64,000 bases of DNA, taken from Chloroflexota bacterium (GTDB lineage: Bacteria > Chloroflexota > Anaerolineae > Anaerolineales > UBA4823). The DNA is taken from assembly GCA_049325275.1 (NCBI GenBank), contig JBMOLU010000008.1, forward strand, positions 93,460 to 157,459, written 5' to 3'. Every line of letters starts with the position of its first letter. Within the stretch, counting starts at the first letter, position 1. Below the pieces are notes generated by a model. It made no database searches. It saw only the letters and a program-made list of their open reading frames with translations, and had not been told where the DNA came from. Shown here one piece after another: positions 25,958 to 35,400 of the stretch. The translations under genes were made by a program, and so were the position numbers.

Positions 25958-28900
25958 ATGAACGCATTGCTTTTACGCCAACGAATTTTTGTTATTCTGG
26001 TCCTGATCAGCCTGCTTGCAGCCCTGGGTGGAAGACAGCCAGCTCAGGCGGCGGCAGACACATCGCTGCTCGTGGCGGTGTTTACCCCCACGCAGGAGGC
26101 GCGGCTTCGCTTCGACGCACTGCCGTTCCCCGTTTACAGTCACATCCACAGCCAAAAGGGAGAATTCGTGCTGACCGGCATGGAGGTCGACCAGATTCAG
26201 CAACTGGCCGATGCACAGCTTACCTTCCGCGTGCTCGATGAAGACACCCGTCACGGAGGCTATTACCTGGCGTACGCACCGATCAAACGCGCGGCCCCCG
26301 ACTGGAGCGCCTACGGAGAGGTGCTGTTCGATGGCGGCTCGGTGGTCGTTTTGCGGGCAGACGAACGCAAAATCGATCGTCTGCCCGATGCCAGCGCGCA
26401 ATTAGACGCCATCCCCTTGACGGCCAGGCCGGAGGCAGCGACGGTCGCCTCCCCGGCTGCCATCACCCCCGATCCGCTCGTCCAGTCCATGCTCAGTCAG
26501 GTTACACTGGAAAATGTGCGTTCGTACACAGGCGACTTGAGCGGCGAGTGGCCGGTGATGGTTGCCGGCCAACCCTACACAATCACGACACGCAACACCT
26601 ACAGCGGCACGCCGATCCAGAAAGCGACGCAGTTCGTGGGCGCGCACCTGGCAGCGCTGAACCTGGACGTGGAGTATCACCAGTGGTCCGGAGCCACTTA
26701 CCCCAATGTGATCGCCGAATTGCCCGGCCTGACCAACCCCGAAGAAATCTACATCATCGGCGGACACCTCGACGATATGCCGTCTTCCGGGCGGGCACCG
26801 GGCGCCGACGACAACGCCAGCGGCTCCGTGGCAACGCTGTTGGCCGCCGACATTCTCAGCCAGTACCAATGGGGTTGCACGCTGCGCTTCGCCTTTTGGA
26901 CCGGCGAGGAGCAGGGCCTGAACGGCAGCGAAGCCTATGCACAACGGGCGCACAGCGCCGGCGAAAACATCCAGGGCTATCTCAACCTGGACATGATCGC
27001 CTGGAACAGCGGCTCCAGTGCCCCCGGCATCGATCTGCTTTACTCCACCAGTATGCCTTCCACTTTGCAACTCGCACAACTCTTCGCCGACACCGTGGAT
27101 GCTTACGATCTGAACCTGACTCCCCAACTGATCACCAGCCTGGGCGGCGGCAGCGACCACAGTTCGTTTTGGGATCAGGGATACACAGCAATTTTAGCGA
27201 TCGAGGACCAGGGCGACTTTAATCCTTATTACCATTCGATCAACGACGATATGGACAATTTCGAAGATTGGGGATATTACGTCACGTTCGTCCAGGCGGC
27301 CATCGGCACCTTTGCCCACATGAGCGGCTGCCTGATCCCCAATGGGATGGGCGCAGTGCAGGGGACGGTCAGCGATGCAGCCGACGGCTTGCCGATCGAG
27401 AATGCCACACTTTCATTCGAGACGAGACACGGAAGCGGCCCACAAACCAGTACGAATGCAACGGGGTATTACACCCAAACCTTGCCCACCGAAACATACA
27501 CGGTTACGGCCGCCGCCTATGGTTATACGCCAGCCACGGTTGGCAACATCGCCGTCATCAGCAACAGCGTCACCACGCAAGATTTCTCCTTGACCGTAGC
27601 CCCCACTTACACCGTCTCCGGCGCCGTCCACGATCTGGCAAGCGGCATCCCGCTGTTCGCCAACCTTGTCGTGGAAGGGACACCTGTCGACATTTGGACC
27701 GACCCCACCGATGGCAGCTACCAGCTATCTTTGCCCGAAGGCACTTACACCCTCCAAGTCAACGCCGACGGCTATAAAGCGCAGACGCGCCCAATCGATC
27801 TGAACAGCAGTCAAGTACAAGACTTTTTCCTCGAGGCGTTAGCCTGCGTTTTGCTGGTCGACGATGACGACAACAGCCCCAACGTACAAAGTTACTACAC
27901 CAGCGCCCTCGATGCATTAAACCTGGATTACGACGTGCGCGATACTTTGAGCGAAGGCGAACCAACGTTGAGCGATTTGAACGGCTATCGCCACGTGTTT
28001 TGGTTTACGGGGAACGACTATCAAAGCACACTTTCCAACGCAGATGAAACAAACCTGGGAGGTTATCTCACCGGCGGCGGCAGTCTGTTTTTATCCGCAC
28101 AGGATTATCTTTACGATCGCGGCCTGAATGCCTTTGGGCAAAACTACCTGCACGTCGCCTCTTTCCAGAACGACGAGGTGCAAACTTCGGTCAGCGGCAC
28201 GAACGTTTTCAGTGGGTTGGGGCCGTATAGCTTGACGTATCCTTTCACCAACTATGCCGATATCGTCCAACCCGATGCGGGCGGGCAAGTAGCCTTTACG
28301 GGCAACCTGGGGAATGCTGCCACCAGCTATGATGGTGAAACGTTCCACGCTGTTTTCCTCGCCTATCCCCTGGAAGCCGTCTCGCCGACAGGCCGGCAGG
28401 AGATCATCTCGCGGGCGCTGGATTTCTTCGGGGGCTGCGGTCCGTTGAACGGCCACATCGCCGGGCAGGTCAGCGATTCACAGACAGGGCAAGGCATTCC
28501 CGGCGCGACATTGGGCGTAGAACCGGGCAGCAGCACTGCCACCACGAACGGGCTGGGGGCGTATACACTCACCTTACCGCCCGGAACATACGATCTGGCC
28601 GTCCAGCACGCCTGTTATGTTTCGGAAACCCTTACGGATATCCAGGTTTCTGATGCGTTCACCACGACACAAAACGTCGTCCTCCAGCCTCTGCCGCCCA
28701 TCGCGGCCATCCAAGCTTCACCTATCGACGTCCACGTGGAAGGCACACAGCCGATTACGCGCAGCGTTGGTATTACAAACACCGGCTGCGCAAGCCTTAC
28801 CTACACGGCAACCATCGCGACCGACAGTCCCTGGCTGCGGATCGAGAACGCCGGTGGTGAAGTTGCCCCTGCGGCCGGGACGGCCGTTCAACTTATCTTG

Positions 28901-29308
28901 GATGCCGGCGGCCTGGCGCATGGAACCTACACGGCAACACTCAGCATCCAGACCAACGACCCGGCCCAACCGCTCACCACGATCCCGGTCCGCATGACCG
29001 GAGGAGCCTGTACGCCGATCGCCGCGCTGGACTTCGAATGGGCACCGACTTCACCGCTTGCCGGCGAAACGATTACATTTACGGCCAGTGCCACCGGAAC
29101 TCAGCCCATTACATTCACCTGGTACTTGGACGGGCAGGCTTTCGGCAGCGGGGCAACCATTTCCCTAGGCGATGCATCTCCGGGTGAGTACGAAGTCAGC
29201 CTAAATGCGTCCAATTTCTGCACGGCCGAGGCCCAGATCAGCCAAACGCTGCGCGTGTGGTTGCAAAAAGTCTTCCTGGCGCTGGTAATGCGCCCGACGC
29301 AGCCTTGA
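25958..29308 (+). CDS. Secreted M28-family peptidase with carboxypeptidase-regulatory-like, BACON/Ig-like and PKD domains
   Basis: Signal peptide (AQAAA), GGHLDD, GADDNASG, TGEEQGLNGS, LNLDMI, SDH, YYH; repeated G.V.D..G.PI modules; ends WLQKVFLALVMRPTQP. Confidence 0.9.
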   Translation: MNALLLRQRIFVILVLISLLAALGGRQPAQAAADTSLLVAVFTPTQEARLRFDALPFPVYSHIHSQKGEFVLTGMEVDQIQQLADAQLTFRVLDEDTRHGGYYLAYAPIKRAAPDWSAYGEVLFDGGSVVVLRADERKIDRLPDASAQLDAIPLTARPEAATVASPAAITPDPLVQSMLSQVTLENVRSYTGDLSGEWPVMVAGQPYTITTRNTYSGTPIQKATQFVGAHLAALNLDVEYHQWSGATYPNVIAELPGLTNPEEIYIIGGHLDDMPSSGRAPGADDNASGSVATLLAADILSQYQWGCTLRFAFWTGEEQGLNGSEAYAQRAHSAGENIQGYLNLDMIAWNSGSSAPGIDLLYSTSMPSTLQLAQLFADTVDAYDLNLTPQLITSLGGGSDHSSFWDQGYTAILAIEDQGDFNPYYHSINDDMDNFEDWGYYVTFVQAAIGTFAHMSGCLIPNGMGAVQGTVSDAADGLPIENATLSFETRHGSGPQTSTNATGYYTQTLPTETYTVTAAAYGYTPATVGNIAVISNSVTTQDFSLTVAPTYTVSGAVHDLASGIPLFANLVVEGTPVDIWTDPTDGSYQLSLPEGTYTLQVNADGYKAQTRPIDLNSSQVQDFFLEALACVLLVDDDDNSPNVQSYYTSALDALNLDYDVRDTLSEGEPTLSDLNGYRHVFWFTGNDYQSTLSNADETNLGGYLTGGGSLFLSAQDYLYDRGLNAFGQNYLHVASFQNDEVQTSVSGTNVFSGLGPYSLTYPFTNYADIVQPDAGGQVAFTGNLGNAATSYDGETFHAVFLAYPLEAVSPTGRQEIISRALDFFGGCGPLNGHIAGQVSDSQTGQGIPGATLGVEPGSSTATTNGLGAYTLTLPPGTYDLAVQHACYVSETLTDIQVSDAFTTTQNVVLQPLPPIAAIQASPIDVHVEGTQPITRSVGITNTGCASLTYTATIATDSPWLRIENAGGEVAPAAGTAVQLILDAGGLAHGTYTATLSIQTNDPAQPLTTIPVRMTGGACTPIAALDFEWAPTSPLAGETITFTASATGTQPITFTWYLDGQAFGSGATISLGDASPGEYEVSLNASNFCTAEAQISQTLRVWLQKVFLALVMRPTQP

Positions 29309-29314
29309 AAAATA

Positions 29315-29380
29315 AGGTGCGACGCACTTTACCGGCGAGAAACAGGCGTCGTCGACCCTTATGGAAGTGCGTCGCACCTG
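29315..29380. repeat. MITE/REP-like element, copy 2 (core only)
   Basis: AGGTGCGACGCACTTT..GAAACAGG..ACCCTTATGGAAGTGCGTCGCACCT, collinear with copies 1 and 3. Confidence 0.7.
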
Positions 29381-29440
29381 TTTTTTCTGTAGGCCGTCAG
29401 GATGCGATATAATCCGCCCGAGGTGTTTCATCAACAGCTA

Positions 29441-29522
29441 TACGACGTTAGCCTACAGAGTTGCGGCTCTCCCGGCTTCGCCGGAAGACCCAGAATTGCT
29501 ACGTACGACGTTAATTTACAGA
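29441..29522 (+). repeat. Two imperfect 19-bp direct repeats 63 bp apart, upstream of the FmdB gene
   Basis: TACGACGTTAGCCTACAGA (29441) and TACGACGTTAATTTACAGA (29504), 16/19 identical. Confidence 0.55.
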
Positions 29523-29539
29523 CAGAATAGAGGTATACG

Positions 29540-29773
29540 ATGCCAATTTACGAGTATGTATGTCATGACTGCGGTGCACAGTCCGAAGCCTTGCGCCCGA
29601 TCAAAGACGCTGACGCCCCAATCGCTTGCAAGCGCTGTGAAAGCCACAACACGGCGCGTGGAATCTCAGTTTTCTTCGCACAAAGTGGCGGGCGGGTGGT
29701 AGCCGGCAGTTCAGGCGGGTGTGGAAGCTGCTCGGGAGGCTCGTGCAGCGGCTGTGGCCACAACCACAATTGA
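29540..29773 (+). CDS. FmdB-family zinc-ribbon protein
   Basis: MPIYEYVCHDCG..CKRCES..CGSCSGGSCSGC; RBS GAGG. Confidence 0.9.
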   Translation: MPIYEYVCHDCGAQSEALRPIKDADAPIACKRCESHNTARGISVFFAQSGGRVVAGSSGGCGSCSGGSCSGCGHNHN

Positions 29774-29840
29774 ACCGTGGTAGAGGCAAGCAGTCAACGG
29801 AGCCGTCCTTCTCTGGATGGCTCCGTTTTGTTCCCTATCG

Positions 29841-31436
29841 TCAGCCAGGCTCCGCCATGCGGTTTTCATCGGTTTCATCCCGGCGATCTGTTTCGATGCC
29901 TAACCGTTCTGCAGCCAGCCTGGCATCTACCTCAGCGCTCAACGCCTCAAACACGTCGTCGGAGATAACCCCGTCGCGCCGTAACCCAAGTAGTGCACTG
30001 CGCTGCGCGCGTAGCACTTCGCGCTGGGTGGTGTCGATTTCTTCCGCTTCCAATTCGGGGATCGAGCGTAAAACCTCACGGACCGCTTCGGCGTAGGCCC
30101 CAATTTCCGTTTGCATGGTAGGTGTAAGCAGTTCAAACGTATGCGCCGACACCAGGCCCTGTGCGTACAGGTTCTTCAAGTGACTTTCTGCGGCACGCGC
30201 TGCCGTCAGGCGGGCATGGCGCTTCTCATATTCCAACTGGCCGTCGCTGCGCGTGATCACTTTGAGCAAACGCAAGATCGGGCGCATCGTGGTCGCCTGG
30301 CTTAGCAAGGTGAACAACACAACGCCATACGTCATCACGCGCAACTGTTCTCGCTCAGGGCCCAGGGCAACCGGCAGGCTCAAGGCCAGCGCCAGGCTGA
30401 TTGCGCCGCGTAAACCACCCCACGAGAGAACATGCTGCCAGCGAAACGGAATCGGCACATCAAGGATGCGGTTTCCCAATGCGCTCAGGCCGTAAACGAC
30501 GGCCACCCGTGCCACAATAACGCCCGCCATCCCCCAGACGATCAACTGCCAGTTCGCCGCCAGGCTGGCAAGATTCACCTGCAGGCCGATCAGCAAGAAG
30601 ATCAGCGAATTTGCCAGGAAAGCAACATATTCCCAGAAGTTGAAGATGACGATGCGCGTGCTGGGGCTCATCCCGCGCGGGCCAATATTGCCGTTGACCA
30701 GCCCGGCAGCTACCACCGCCAACACGCCGCTGAAGTGCAGGCGCTCGGCCAGCAGATAAGCGCCAAAAGCCAAAATCGTCGTCAGGGTGGTCTCAATGAG
30801 GTAATCATCTACACCGGCGATCAAGCGTGCAATCAGCCAACCCAGCAACAGGCCAACGACCGTCCCCCCAACCGCAACACGAGTAAAGTCGACGAAAGCC
30901 TCGACGGCATCGAACTCACCGCCCATGGCAACAGCCAGGACGATACTGTAGATGACGATTGCCGTGCCGTCGTTGAGCAGGCTTTCCCCCTCAATCAAAA
31001 CGCTCAGGCGCTTCGGCACGCCCAAAGAGCGGAACAAAGATACCACCGCGATCGGGTCTGTGGCTGCGATCAAAGCCCCAAAAACGAGCGCGACCGGAAA
31101 AGCCAGCGCTGTTCCCCATGAAACAATCCCACCAACGATAAACGTCGTCAGCAAGACCCCCGGCACAGCGAAAAGTAAAATGGGCGCCAGGTTACGGCGC
31201 AGTTCGTTAAAGCTGAGATGAAAAGCAGCTTCAAAAACCAGCGGCGGCACAAAGAGCGCCAGGATCAGTTCCGGGGTCAACTCGAAGACCAGCGGCTGCT
31301 GGAGCGTGATCGCCAGACCGGCCAGGACCAACGCAACCGTATAAGGTACGCGTAGGCGACGTACCGCAATGGCAACCAACGACACGACCAACAACATTTC
31401 GATAATGACCGTTTCGGTTTGCAGAAATTGTTCCAT
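29841..31436 (-). CDS. CPA1-family Na+(K+)/H+ antiporter (NhaP/NhaK-like)
   Basis: FVPPLVFEAA, AATDPIAV, EGESLLNDG, HFSGVLA, FWEY, WGGLRGA. Confidence 0.92.
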   Translation of the reverse strand: MEQFLQTETVIIEMLLVVSLVAIAVRRLRVPYTVALVLAGLAITLQQPLVFELTPELILALFVPPLVFEAAFHLSFNELRRNLAPILLFAVPGVLLTTFIVGGIVSWGTALAFPVALVFGALIAATDPIAVVSLFRSLGVPKRLSVLIEGESLLNDGTAIVIYSIVLAVAMGGEFDAVEAFVDFTRVAVGGTVVGLLLGWLIARLIAGVDDYLIETTLTTILAFGAYLLAERLHFSGVLAVVAAGLVNGNIGPRGMSPSTRIVIFNFWEYVAFLANSLIFLLIGLQVNLASLAANWQLIVWGMAGVIVARVAVVYGLSALGNRILDVPIPFRWQHVLSWGGLRGAISLALALSLPVALGPEREQLRVMTYGVVLFTLLSQATTMRPILRLLKVITRSDGQLEYEKRHARLTAARAAESHLKNLYAQGLVSAHTFELLTPTMQTEIGAYAEAVREVLRSIPELEAEEIDTTQREVLRAQRSALLGLRRDGVISDDVFEALSAEVDARLAAERLGIETDRRDETDENRMAEPG

Positions 31437-31445
31437 GGCGGCTCC

Positions 31446-31561
31446 TTAGAGACTGTCTGAAAAGTGCCGTCACCAGGTGCGGCGCACCTCCAGAAGGGTA
31501 GAGGACCCCTGTTCCATGTCGACAAAGTGCGTCGCACCTGGCTTCTCAGACAGCTTCTTAA
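31446..31561. mobile_element. MITE/REP-like element, copy 3 (most complete, opposite orientation)
   Basis: Terminal inverted repeats CTGTCTGAAAAG (31453) and CTTCTCAGACAG (31542), TTAG and TTAA flanks, internal GTGCGGCGCAC and GTGCGTCGCAC cores; abuts the antiporter RBS. Confidence 0.7.
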
Positions 31562-31641
31562 CTTTTGCTGGCTAACAGGCTTCACGATACCGGACAGTAC
31601 CGATCATAACAGAACACACGCGTTAGACCCTTTCATCCAGC

Positions 31642-31670
31642 TTGCAAGGAAACACCAATTCTTCTACAAT
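31642..31670 (+). promoter_or_regulatory. Sigma70-type promoter
   Basis: TTGCAA-N17-TACAAT, 47 nt upstream of ATG 31718. Confidence 0.6.
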
Positions 31671-31717
31671 ATGGCTATTGCCAGAGTCATTCCCAGTTTC
31701 ATACGGTGGAGGCCGCC

Positions 31718-32740
31718 ATGTCCAACGATTTTGTTGCCGCAAAAATCCGTGGGTTGAATATTCGCATGTTGCTTGTCAGCTTGTTCGCCATGGGGCTGGT
31801 CTTTGCCGGCCTCGTGCTTGGCGCAAGGTATTTGTACAACATGCTCCTGGGGCCATTTCCGATTAGCCAGGTGGATCTGCTGGCCCGCCAGGATGCCGAC
31901 GATACGCTACAGTACTACGTCACCGTGGAAGGCGACGATCACGCCGATACGGGTTTCACCTACGTCAGCAAAACCGACTCGGGAAAAGAAACCACGGAGG
32001 CCTACTATCATGTCTTGCTCGTCGACGAGAATTTTTTGCTGATCAAAAGCAAAACCGCCGAGGTCGATAACACCGTAACCGGTGCGTTGGTCAATGTTCC
32101 TGCCGAAACCCAAACCGAAGTGATCGACGAACTGGAAAAAGAAGTCCCGGAAATCAAAGGGGCCTTCCTGCCGATGATGCTCGACGCGACCGATTTTCAC
32201 ACGGCCGGGTATATCGGCCTGGGCATCGGCGCCATCATTGCCCTGGTGGCCTTCCTGGGCGCAGCGCTGGCGATCTACCGCTTGCTAACGCCTAAGGCCC
32301 ATCCGGTGATGAAAGCACTGGCAAACTACGGCACCCTGGACACCGTTGTCTCTGAAATCAATATGGATATGGCACAATCGGCCGAAAAAGTTGGCAAAAA
32401 GGTACACTTCACACGCCGCTGGCTGGTTAGCACGACTAGCTCGCTTCAGGCCATGCCCTACCGTGATATTATCTGGTGCTACAAGCACGTGACCCAGCAC
32501 CGCACCAACGGCATCCCCACCGGAAAAACGTATGCCATGTACGTTTACGACCGGCACGGCAAAAATACGATCATCGGCGGCAATGAAAAACAGATCAACC
32601 AGATGCTGGATTTGATCCTGAAGAATGTACCGGGTGTGGTGGCCGGCTACTCGGACGAGCTGAACAACCTATGGAAGAAGGATCGCGCCCGCTTCACCGC
32701 TGCGGTGGATCAACGCCGCCAGGGTGGGAAGGGCGTTTAA
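31718..32740 (+). CDS. Membrane protein of unknown function (DUF6709-like)
   Basis: Two TM segments; C-terminal IWCYKHVTQHRTNGIPTGKTY; RBS GGAGG. Family name is recalled, not verified. Confidence 0.7.
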   Translation: MSNDFVAAKIRGLNIRMLLVSLFAMGLVFAGLVLGARYLYNMLLGPFPISQVDLLARQDADDTLQYYVTVEGDDHADTGFTYVSKTDSGKETTEAYYHVLLVDENFLLIKSKTAEVDNTVTGALVNVPAETQTEVIDELEKEVPEIKGAFLPMMLDATDFHTAGYIGLGIGAIIALVAFLGAALAIYRLLTPKAHPVMKALANYGTLDTVVSEINMDMAQSAEKVGKKVHFTRRWLVSTTSSLQAMPYRDIIWCYKHVTQHRTNGIPTGKTYAMYVYDRHGKNTIIGGNEKQINQMLDLILKNVPGVVAGYSDELNNLWKKDRARFTAAVDQRRQGGKGV

Positions 32741-32894
32741 GACGGGTGCTGCCTTTGCAGCCAAAGCGCATCTTCAGAAACGCAACGATTTTACGGCTGT
32801 TTGAAGCTTACCAACACAGCGCGCAAAGCCAAGCTGGCAGCCGGTTTGCAGCTAACCGTATTTGTTGCCGGGGAATCTGAATCAGGGCAACACG

Positions 32895-32931
32895 CAAACG
32901 CTTCCCAAATTTCCGATTTGGGAAGCGTTTG
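32895..32931. terminator. Perfect 16-bp inverted repeat (terminator or REP)
   Basis: CAAACGCTTCCCAAAT-TTCCG-ATTTGGGAAGCGTTTG followed by TTTT. Confidence 0.6.
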
Positions 32932-32940
32932 TTTTGCCTC

Positions 32941-32969
32941 TTGATTTAGTGTGAAATGTACACTATAAT
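32941..32969 (+). promoter_or_regulatory. Sigma70-type promoter of the radical SAM pair
   Basis: TTGATT-N17-TATAAT; RBS AGAGG before ATG 33004. Confidence 0.7.
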
Positions 32970-33003
32970 TTGTGTAATAAACACACGAACGATAGAGGTT
33001 CTT

Positions 33004-34464
33004 ATGCACCCCTGGAAACCAGCTTCTCCTGCCGATCAGGCACATTTTCCGCCGCCAGAAGTCTTTGCTGCCGGGTTGAAACAACACCATCTCGCCAACA
33101 CTGCCTATCCCATCGGGCATACAGTCACCATGCGCCCCTACCGGGTTGCACACAGCCAGATCGAATGCTTTACCGCACAGGCATGGCAGGCCATCGACCG
33201 GCTCGGCCTGTACGTTCACGTGCCCTTCTGCGAACAACGCTGCGGATACTGCGAGTACTGCGTCGTCGCCCCGGACGAATTTCGCGCCAGCGAAGACGGT
33301 TACTTTGATCTGCTGCTGGGCGAGTTCGAACTGTACCGCCGCGCCATCCAGACCGAAACCAAGACCCTGATCGGTTTCGACATCGGCGGCGGCACCCCAT
33401 CGGCTGCCAAGACGGCGCACATCGCGCGGGTACTCGCAGCCGCACAGCAAAGCTTTCAACTCCCCAACGATGTGGTCATCAGCATCGAAACGACGCCGCG
33501 TATTGCGGCCGGGCAACCGGAAAAAATCAACGCTTACTACCAGATGGGCATCCGGCGCATCAGCATGGGGGTGCAGATGGTCAACCCCCGGCTGCTCGCA
33601 ATGCTCGGCCGGCCGCACACGTCTCTTGACTATGACCGCGCCGCAGCGGAGGCCATCCGCGCAGCCGGTTTCGAAAAGTTCAACATCGACATCATGTACG
33701 GTTTCGCCGGGCAAACGGTAAAAGGCGTTGAGGCTACCTTAAAACATGTGATCAGCCTGGCGCCGGAGTACGTCACCCTTTACCGCATGCGCTACAAGGG
33801 CACACGCATGGCCGGACAGGCCGAACACGTCAGCCGGGAAGCAGCTTACGCACAATACCAGTTTGCTCATGCATTCTTACACGCCGCCGGCTACCTGGCC
33901 ACACCCGGCAAAAACACCTTCAGCCGCATCCCCGACGATCCCGGCACCAGCGACTACCTCACGCAGCGCGTCGTTCAGGGCACGCCTTACCTGGGCTTCG
34001 GACTGGGAGCACAGTCGCTTTCAGAAGTCACGCTAGCCTACAATGCCGGCGCCGCCGAGAAACGCCTCGATCGCTACCGGCGCATGGTCCAGGCCGGCAA
34101 ACTGCCGCTTCAAGACCTGTATCACCTGTCGCGCGAGACGGCTATGGGCAAGATGGTTTCGGTGGCCTTTTATTTTGGAGAGATCAACCTGCCCGCATTC
34201 CGGCAGAAATTCGGCCAGACACTGGAAGCGGCCTTCCCGGATGAAGTGGCATTCGTGCTGGCCGAGGGGCTGATGAACTATTCCAGCAACGCCGAAGCGC
34301 TGCGCCTGACCGAAAAAGGCGTCGAAAACTACAACGGTGTGATCGCCCTGTTTTACGCCCCGGCGGTCCAGGCCCATCTCCTACAGCTTGCCAAAGACTT
34401 GGCGGTGGATGGGCGCCCGGCAAGGCAACGATCGATGGCAAAGCCCACAGCGCTGGGCGCCTGA
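33004..34464 (+). CDS. HemN-like (class C / coproporphyrinogen III oxidase-like) radical SAM protein
   Basis: LYVHVPFCEQRCGYCEYC, GGGTPS, SIETTP, RISMGVQ, NIDIMYG, VTLY, YLGFGLGAQS. Confidence 0.88.
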   Translation: MHPWKPASPADQAHFPPPEVFAAGLKQHHLANTAYPIGHTVTMRPYRVAHSQIECFTAQAWQAIDRLGLYVHVPFCEQRCGYCEYCVVAPDEFRASEDGYFDLLLGEFELYRRAIQTETKTLIGFDIGGGTPSAAKTAHIARVLAAAQQSFQLPNDVVISIETTPRIAAGQPEKINAYYQMGIRRISMGVQMVNPRLLAMLGRPHTSLDYDRAAAEAIRAAGFEKFNIDIMYGFAGQTVKGVEATLKHVISLAPEYVTLYRMRYKGTRMAGQAEHVSREAAYAQYQFAHAFLHAAGYLATPGKNTFSRIPDDPGTSDYLTQRVVQGTPYLGFGLGAQSLSEVTLAYNAGAAEKRLDRYRRMVQAGKLPLQDLYHLSRETAMGKMVSVAFYFGEINLPAFRQKFGQTLEAAFPDEVAFVLAEGLMNYSSNAEALRLTEKGVENYNGVIALFYAPAVQAHLLQLAKDLAVDGRPARQRSMAKPTALGA

Positions 34465-34470
34465 ATCCAG

Positions 34471-35214
34471 ATGATCGCCTTCGCCAACATCCTTTTCTGC
34501 GGTCCGGCACCGCATCCGTGCAACGCACGTTGCCCGTTTTGCATCGGCAAGCAAATCGCGCCACAGCGCTATCACCCGAACCTGGACGAGTACCCACCGC
34601 GTGGGCTGGATGCGTTCCTGGCTGCCCTGCGAGAAAAGCACGTTCGACAAATCGTCCTGACCGGCACGAACACCGATCCGTTGTGCTACCGTCACCTGGA
34701 TCGCCTGCTCAGCTATTTGCGTGTCCAGGTGCCCGAAGGCCGCTTCAGCCTGCATACGAACGGCAGGCTGGTAGAACGCCACATCGCCCTGGTCAACCGT
34801 TTCGATAAAGTCTGCATCTCGTTACCCAGTTTCAAACCAACCACCTACCGGGCCATGATGGGCGTCACAGGCGTTCCGCGTCTGCCGGCCATTCTCGCCC
34901 GCTGTACCGTCCGGGTAAAACTTTCCTGCATCGTGACCGAGCAAAACGCCCCCGAAATGGAAAGCTACCTGGCAACATGCCACCGAATGGGCGTGCGGCG
35001 TGTCGTCCTGCGCAAGCCCTTTGGAGAGAAATTCGCCGCGCAGGCACAACTGGCAAGCTTACTTGGCCACCCCACCGGGCATTTTTACAGCTGCATGGTC
35101 TATGCGTTCAAAGGGATGGAAGTCACGCTGTGGGACTTCGTCCACACGGATATCGAAAGCATCAACCTGTTCAGCACGGGGGAAGTCAGCAGCAACTACT
35201 GCTTGGCGGCCTGA
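34471..35214 (+). CDS. Small radical SAM protein
   Basis: CNARCPFC motif, LTGTNTDP, SLHTNG; 247 aa, 6 nt after the HemN-like gene. Confidence 0.85.
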   Translation: MIAFANILFCGPAPHPCNARCPFCIGKQIAPQRYHPNLDEYPPRGLDAFLAALREKHVRQIVLTGTNTDPLCYRHLDRLLSYLRVQVPEGRFSLHTNGRLVERHIALVNRFDKVCISLPSFKPTTYRAMMGVTGVPRLPAILARCTVRVKLSCIVTEQNAPEMESYLATCHRMGVRRVVLRKPFGEKFAAQAQLASLLGHPTGHFYSCMVYAFKGMEVTLWDFVHTDIESINLFSTGEVSSNYCLAA

Positions 35215-35224
35215 ATCCGCCACC

Positions 35225-35270
35225 TTAGAGACTGCTTGAAAAGTGCGGCCGACAGGTGCGACGCACTTTG
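35225..35270. repeat. MITE/REP-like element, copy 4 (one end only)
   Basis: TTAGAGACTGCTTGAAAAGTGCGGCCGACAGGTGCGACGCACTTTG matches the left end of copy 3. Confidence 0.65.
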
Positions 35271-35400
35271 CCCCCTGAGACATCCTCCCACCGGGCATCA
35301 GTACCCAAGCGCAGCGCCGGACGAATCCGGCTCTTTTGCCGGTGCGGCTGCCCCGTTTTGGCCCCCACCATCGAGCCATCCATCCCGCGGCCTGGCACGC

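Noticed and set aside
29441-29522. Repeat-spacer-repeat as a minimal CRISPR array
   Set aside because: Only two imperfect 19-bp units, non-palindromic, and no cas genes; kept only as a direct repeat.
32790-32870. GCGCAAAGCC resembling part of a c-di-GMP-I riboswitch
   Set aside because: No upstream GGCAAA or GNRA-capped P2, and no P1 pairing could be built.
33004-34464. Calling the large radical SAM gene hemN or hemW
   Set aside because: HemN-like enzymes are functionally diverse; the context and N-terminus do not support either name.
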